Origin: the human T2T-CHM13v2.0 reference genome, Homo sapiens
NCBI RefSeq assembly: GCF_009914755.1
Contig: NC_060948.1
Direction: 5' to 3' (one strand)
Length of the DNA stretch: 64,000 bases
A model generated the notes under the pieces. That model was given only the letters and a program-made list of their open reading frames with translations. It was not told where the DNA came from and made no database searches. Below are positions 50,620 to 64,000 of this stretch, in pieces; position 1 is the first letter of the stretch, and every line of letters starts with the position of its first letter. The position numbers and the translations under genes are program-made.

Positions 50620-53345
50620 GACTGTGGAGGGAATGAATGGGTGCATGTATGAATAACACTCAGAGCGTCCACACAAATGTGGAGAGAATGAATGAATGAC
50701 ATCCAGGATTCAGTCATGCAAATGTGGAGGGAATGAATGAATGATACCCAGGGTTCACTCCCACAAATGTGGAGGGAATGAATGAATGAATGGCATCCAG
50801 GGTACACTCCTGCAAATGTGGAGGGAATGAATGGATGATACCTAGGATTCACTCCCACAAATGTGGAGGGAAAGAATGAATGACACCCAGAGATTCATTC
50901 CCACAAATGTGCAGGGAAAGAATGAATGACACCCAAGATTCTCTTCTGCAAATGTAGAGAAAAGTAATGAATGATGCCCAGGGCTTCCCCACAAAAGTGG
51001 AGGGAATGAATGAATGACACCCAGGATTCACTTCGGCAAATGTAGAGAGAATGAATAAATGATACCCAGAGATTCCCCACAAATGTGGAGGGAATGAATG
51101 ACTGACACCTAAGGATTCCCTACAAATGTAGAGGGAATGAATATCACTCAGAGATTTACTCCTGCAACAGTGGAGAGAATGAATGAATGAACGACACCTA
51201 AGGATTCCTCACAAATGTGGAGGGAATGAATGACTGACACCCAGGATTCACTTCCGTAAATGTAGAGAGAATGAATATCACTCAGAGATTTACTCCTGCA
51301 ACAGTGGAGAGAATGAATGAATGAATGACACCTAAGGATTCCTCACAAATGTGGAGGGAATGAATGACTGACACCCAGGATTCACTTCTGCAAATGTAGA
51401 GAGAATGAATGAATGATACCCAGATATTCCCTGCAAATGTGGAGGGAACGAATGAATGACATCCAGGGCTTCCCTGCAAATGTGGAGGGAACGAATGAAT
51501 GATACCCCAGATTCACTTCTGCAAATGTAGAGAGAATGAATGAATGATACCCAGATATTCCCCGCAAATGTGGGGGGAATGAATGAATGATACCCCAGAT
51601 TCACTTCTGCAAATGTAGAGAGAATGAATGAATGATACCCAGATATTCCCCACAAATGTGGGGGGAATGAATGAATGATACCCCAGATTCACTTCTGCAA
51701 ATGTAGAGAGAATGAATGAATGATACCCAGATATTCCCTGCAAATGTGGGGGGAATGAATGAATGACATCCAGGGATTCTCCACAAATGTGGAGGGAATG
51801 AATGAATGATACCCCAGATTCACTTCTGCAAATGTAGAGAGAATGAATGAATGATACCCAGATATTCCCCACAAATGTGGGGGGAATGAATGAATGATAC
51901 CCCAGATTCACTTCTGCAAATGTAGAGAGAATGAATGAATGATACCCAGATATTCCCCACAAATGTGGGGGGAATGAATGAATGACATCCAGGGATTCTC
52001 CACAAATGTGGAGGGAATGAATGAATGATACCCCAGATTCACTTCTGCAAATGTAGAGAGAATGAATGAATGATACCCAGATATTCCCCACAAATGTGGG
52101 GGGAATGAATGAATGATACCCCAGATTCACTTCTGCAAATGTAGAGAGAATGAATGAATGATACCCAGATATTCCCCACAAATGTGGGGGGAATGAATGA
52201 ATGACATCCAGGGATTCTCCACAAATGTGGAGGGAATGAATGAATGATACCCCAGATTCACTTCTGCAAATGTAGAGAGAATGAATGAATGATACCCAGA
52301 TATTCCCTGCAAATGTGGAGGGAATGAATGAATGATACCCCAGATTCAGTTCTGCAAATGTAGAGAGAATGAATGAATGATACCCAGATATTCCCTGCAA
52401 ATGTGGGGGGAATGAATGAATGACATCCAGGGATTCTCCACAAATGTGGAGGGAATGAATGAATGATACCCCGGATTCACTTCTGCAAATGTAGAGAGAA
52501 TGAATGAATGATACCCAGATATTCCCTGCAAATGTGGGGGGAATGAATGAATGACATCCAGGGATTCTCCACAAATGTGGAGGGAATGAATGAGTGATAC
52601 CCCAGATTCACTTCTGCAAATGTAGAGAGAATGAATGAATGATACCCAGATATTCCCCACAAATGTGGGGGGAATGAATGAATGATACCCCAGATTCACT
52701 TCTGCAAACGTAGAGAGAATGAATGAATGATACCCAGATATTCCCTGCAAATGTGGGGGGAATGAATGAATGATACCCCAGATTCACTTCTGCAAATGTA
52801 GAGAGAATGAATGAATGATACCCAGATATTCCCTGCAAATGTGGGGGGAATGAATGAATGAATGATACCCCAGATTCACTTCTGCAAATGTAGAGAGAAT
52901 GAATGAATGATACCCAGATATTCCCCACAAATGTGGGGGGAATGAATGAATGATACCCCAGATTCACTTCTGCAAATGTAGAGAGAATGAATGAATGATA
53001 CCCAGATATTCCCTGCAAATGTGGGGGGAATGAATGAATGACATCCAGGGATTCTCCACAAATGTGGAGGGAATGAATGAATGATACCCCAGATTCACTT
53101 CTGCAAATGTAGAGAGAATGAATGAATGATACCCAGATATTCACTGCAAATGTGGGGGGAATGAATGAATGATACCCCAGATTCACTTCTGCAAATGTAG
53201 AGAGAATGAATGAATGATACCCAGATATTCCCCACAAATGTGGGGGGAATTAATGAATGACATCCGGGGATTCCCCACAAATGTGAAGGGAATTAATGAA
53301 TGACACACAGAGATTCATTCCTGCAAATGTGGAGGGAATGAAGGA
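50620..53345. repeat. 43-44 bp minisatellite CAAATGT(GGAGG/AGAGA)GAATGAATGAATGA..., with a 219-bp higher-order unit
   Basis: Direct reading; ORF-track boundaries recur every 219 bp (51601, 51820, 52039, 52258, 52477). Confidence 0.96.
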
Positions 53346-53480
53346 ATGAGTAGCACACAGGACTTGCTTGATAAACGAATGGGTGAATACATAAATCAAT
53401 GACGTGTAGGGTTTTCTCCCTAAAAGTGGAGTGAATAAATGAAAGAGTGAATGCATGATGCCCACTAGTTCCTGACAAGT

Positions 53481-54025
53481 GTGGAGCAAATGAGTAAATG
53501 AGTGAATGAATGAATGCCACTCTGAGAATGCACAGCCAATGAGTGACGGAATGTGTGGAGCAAATGAGTAAATGAATGAATGAATGAATGAATGCCACTC
53601 TGAGAATACAGAGCGAATGAGTGATGGAATCTGTGGAGCAAATGAGTAAATGAATGAATGAATGAATGCCACTCTGAGAATGCACAGCCAATGAGTGACG
53701 GAATGTGTGGAGCAAATGAGTAAATGAATGAATGAATGAATGAATGCCACTCTGAGAATACAGAGCGAATGAGTGATGGAATGTGTGGAGCAAATGAGTA
53801 AATGAGTGAATGAATGAATGCCACTCTGAGAATGCACAGCCAATGAGTGACGGAATGTGTGGAGCAAATGAGTAAATGAATGAATGAATGAATGAATGCC
53901 ACTCTGAGAATGCAGAGCGAATGAGTGATGGAATGTGTGGAGCAAATGAGTAAATGAATGAATGCATGAATGAATGCATGAATGAATGCCACTCTGAGAA
54001 TGCAGAGTGAATGAGTGATGGAATG
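53481..54025. repeat. Minisatellite with alternating 74/78 bp units
   Basis: GTGGAGCAAATGAG at 53481, 53555, 53633, 53707, 53785, 53859 and 53937. Confidence 0.93.
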
Positions 54026-54194
54026 GACAGAAGGCGGCAGGGGCAGTGTGGACGTTAGCCCCATCGCCTCCCTCCGGTCCACTTTGGTCCAGCTTGCTAC
54101 TGGCCCTGACCTCTCTGCTGCATCCATGGAAACTGTGCACCCAGCACCCCTCGCCCCTGGGGTCACTCCCTGTCTGGGCTGTGTGGTTCTCCAG

Positions 54195-54345
54195 GACTGC
54201 CAATCAATGAGGAGAGGGGTGTGGTCCAAGCCTTTCAATCACTGAGGATAGGGGGGTGTGGTCCAAGCCTGTCAATCACTGAAGATGGGGGTGTGTGGCC
54301 AAAGCCTGTCAATCACCCAAGAGAGGGGTGTGGCCCAAGCCTGGC
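54195..54345. repeat. ~37-39 bp tandem repeat (4 units) with CTGTCAATCA and GGGGTGTGG motifs
   Basis: Direct reading; lies in old MLT1-like sequence. Confidence 0.8.
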
Positions 54346-55205
54346 CAGTTAGGGGGCCACCCTCACCCTGTTCATAAAAATTATCTCAAGCAGTGGTCAT
54401 TTGTTTCTGACATGGCTGGTCGGAACCCTTCAGGAGGTGTGACTTGTGGGTGCCAGGAGAGAGAGGGTGTCTCTTTTCCCATTTGATTCTGCTCTGAAAA
54501 GATGGGGACCCCAGGCTACCAGAGACCCTCTTTCCATCCCTATAGAGAAAGTGGTCTTCCTCCAGTGATTCCACACCCTGCAGCTGAGGGAGGCAGAAAA
54601 AGGTGGGGCTGAAACGTGGGAAGAGAGAAAGAGAAAGAGGAGAAACTGACAACCATGTAAGCTCCTGGATCCAGCCATGCCTGAAGCCCCCATAGAAATC
54701 CTAATTATCCAATTTGACAATTTCCACCTTGACTTCAGCTAGCTCGACTCAAGTTTCTATTGCTGGCCATAGAAGACAGTTATGCCTCAAGCACTAGGGG
54801 TAGGCAGGTTGGGCTCCCAGTTGAGGGACAGAATTGTCCTAGTTCCAGAGAGAGGGCCCACGGAGCCCAGGCCACCTGCCCTGGGCTGAGACATGGTTGT
54901 TTCAAAGGCAGTCACGTATCATTCATCACTAATTCCCCAGTGCAGTGGTTCAAGGCTAACGAGCAGCACTCAGCGCCCACCTCTGCCTCTTTCTGGTTGT
55001 AGGTCTTGAACACACTCCCGCCTCCATGTCTGCCTCAGTTTCCGTTACTGGTAAAACAGGGATGATTGTAACAGCACCTGTCTCACGAAGTTTCGAAAAT
55101 CCCAGAGATCAGGCCAGGCGCACTTTGGGAGGCCGAGGCGGGTGGATCATGAGGTCGGGAGTTCGAGATCAGCCTGGTCAACATAGTGAGACCCCATCTC
55201 TACTA

Positions 55206-55580
<375 letters not shown>

Positions 55581-56727
55581 TCACTCAGTCGACGTCAACT
55601 ATTTTTATTAGCGAAAAACCAAGAACAACGTCTCCTCCCCACAAAACAAAAGCAAAATAAAAGCCAAAGACAGGTGTGAAGAAGATTTCTGGGAGAGCGC
55701 ATTTTAAAGAAGGTGGGACTTTCTTCATCCGAGAGCCACCCAACCCAGCATCTCGGCGTGGGCCGGCCTGTACCCCTCGTCAAAGGAACAATTGGCTTGC
55801 AAACTGGGAATCTCCGTTAAAACGGACAAGACGATTTTGCTCTTCTCTTGCGGCAACGTCTGAAGATGTGCAAGAAGGGGGTCTGTTTTAGGCCAACCTC
55901 AGCCCTCTCTGCGACCCTCGAGAGCTTGTGCAAATGGCACAGCTCCTGCCTGGAGGCTGTGTGTCCTTTTGCAGGACTCTGGTGAGCCCGGGTTAAAAAT
56001 CACACACCCCAAAGGGAGGCTGAGCTGAGGGCTTTCTCTGGCATTCAGCAGCGTCTCTGGCCTGGATATGCCCTGCTAGCTGGGGTATTTCTGCAGAGCA
56101 GCCTCTCCTACCCGAACACTCCCAGGTCCCCGTGACTTACAACGGTGGCTGCAGGGAGGGCAGACGTCCTGGGTGATGCTGGTCTGGTGGTGCTTGTCTG
56201 AGCAGCCGTCAAGCTAGGCAGGGGGTCCTGGGGGACCCTCCTCCTGGGCCAGAGGCGGCTGCCCTATGGGAGTGAGCTCCGCACAGGAGCAGGAGTGGAG
56301 GGCCAGCTCTCTGCTCTGCTGGGAAAAAAATCCCACTGGCTGTGCCTGCACCGTACCCTGAGACAGACACCAGCAGCCTCCGGAGACCCAGCAAGCTGCT
56401 CTTAGCTGCGATCTGTCATCTGCAGACTGAGCTTGGTGCATGGCGGTTATGAAACTGGCCAGAGCAACAATAGATGGAAAAGCTTCCTCTTTTTGGCCCT
56501 GGGCCCCAGGGAGCGAGGTCAGGTAATCCGAGGGGGATTTTATGTGTTTTTCTCCTAATGCGGTATTTTTCAATTTGGCTTTAAAAAAAAAAAATGAGTT
56601 TGGCCTCCATGTATGCGGGACCATTGCCTCAGAAGGGTTAGTTTAGGATTAGAAAATGGGTTAAACTTAAGGACAGCTTCTCTTGGATATATTGGATATT
56701 ACTTTATGCTTTATGTGAAAATACTAA

Positions 56728-57240
<513 letters not shown>

Positions 57241-57304
57241 TTAAAGGGAGAGCCCTTTATTACAAACAGCGAGCTCAGTATATATTTTCTGAGTGTTGTG
57301 TCTG

Positions 57305-58160
57305 TTACAGGCTGCATTGTACCCTCCCAAATTCATACGTTAAAGTCCTAACCCCTAGGACCACACAATGTGGCTGTATTTGGAGGTTACCTCTTTAAAG
57401 AGTTAACTACAGTAAAATGAGGTCACCAGGAGTGGGCCCTGATCCAATAGGACCGGTGTCCTCATAAGAAGAGGAGATGAGGACACAGACACACACAGAG
57501 GGACGACCCTGTGAGGGCACAGGGAGAAGACGGCATCTCCAAGCCCAGGAGAGAGGCCTCAGGAGGAACCAGCCCTGCCCATACCTGGATCTCAGACCTC
57601 CAGCCTCCAGGACTGTGGGAGAATCAATGTTTGTTGTTTCTAAGCCGCCCAGTCTATGGTATTCTGGGATAGTCGTTCGAAATGGACAAAGACACCTCAT
57701 AAGAAGAGGAGATGAGGACACAGACACATACAGAGAGATGACCCTGTGAGGACACAGGGAGAAGACGGCGTCTCCAAGCCCAGGAGAGAGGCCTCAGGAG
57801 GAACCAGCCCTGCCCATACCTGGATCTCAGACCTCCACCCTCCAGGACTGTGGGAGAATCAATGTCTGTTGTGTATAAGCCCCCCAGTCTACGGTATTCT
57901 GTGACAGCAGCCTGAGATGGACTAAGACACCTCATAAGAAGAGGAGATGAGGACACAGACACACACAGAGAGATGACCCTGTGAGGACACAGGGAGAAGT
58001 CGATGTCTCTAAGTCCACAAGAGAGGCCTCAGGAGGAACCAGCCCTGCCCACACCTGGATCTCAGACCTCCAGCCTCCAGGACTGTGGGAGAAACAATGT
58101 CTGTTGTCTACAGTCCACCCAGTTTGCAGTGTTTTATTACGGCGGCCGAGCTGACTACCC
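57305..58160 (+). mobile_element. MLT1A/B-like LTR with an internal 235-bp tandem triplication
   Basis: ctcataagaagaggagatgaggacacagacac at 57461, 57696 and 57931. Confidence 0.88.
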
Positions 58161-58694
58161 ATCCACTCTGAAGCAGTTGGGAGAAGGCAGACGTCAGAGA
58201 TGCTGCCGAAACCTAGGCTGAATGGAAGTGAACTTGGGATGCTGCTGAGACCTAGGCTGAATGGACGTCAACTTGGGTACCACTGGCTTCTCCCTGCTGT
58301 TGAATCCCAAAGACCATCTCGAGGCCATCTGGAGTCATGCTCCCCCGCCGGCTTCTCAGTAGAGACAGCACGTTACAGGGTGGGAAATGGTTATTCACAA
58401 TTGTTCAGTGGCTGCCTGCCTTGGCGTTGGGGAGCCACATGAGAAGGCTCACAGCCACAGCCACAGCCCTCCCGGGTGCGACTCCCTGGGATCCTGCCCT
58501 CTGCCCTCTCAGAGGGTTTCTCTCTCTCTCCGCTCAGTTCGCAGGAAGCAACTTGTCTGCAGTTCCCAAATCTACTTCTTGGAGCCTCTGTCCTCTACTA
58601 TTTTCCTGGAGGGAACAGGCTGGGAAGGAAGGTGGTGTCCCCTTAAAACGTTCAGTCAGCCGCGGCTTCAGACGGAGCAGTCATTTGTAGATAA

Positions 58695-64000
<5,306 letters not shown>

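Noticed and set aside
51282-54238. Repetitive HSFI-rich ORFs
   Set aside because: Minisatellite translations; useful only for revealing the 219-bp period.

Overview
Primate (most likely human) genomic DNA. The two genes identify it as the X/Y pseudoautosomal region PAR1. The minus strand carries the first three coding exons and CpG-island promoter of ASMTL (exons at 13726-13818, 3397-3528 and 308-355; intron 2 has a GC donor). It also carries the single coding exon and 3' UTR of the GPCR P2RY8 (CDS 26847-27926); the remainder of the window to 64000 is P2RY8 intron 1. The rest is retroelements and many kinds of tandem repeat: about 40 Alus, L1 fragments, MLT1/MLT2/MER20, a degenerate ERV1 provirus with a tRNA-Phe PBS and a nested LTR13-like solo LTR. 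Most notable: (1) both LTRs of the provirus in ASMTL intron 1 have expanded the same short motif into 0.8 kb and 1.6 kb arrays of YY1-consensus sites (CGCCATCTTG); (2) a near-perfect 38-bp VNTR upstream of ASMTL has 13 copies of the PRDM9 hotspot 13-mer; (3) many of the tandem arrays grew out of retroelements, several with higher-order structure; (4) there are inverted arrays and inverted Alus that share private variants. Almost all long ORFs in the track are repeat artefacts. Repeat subfamily names are from memory and need Dfam/RepeatMasker confirmation.
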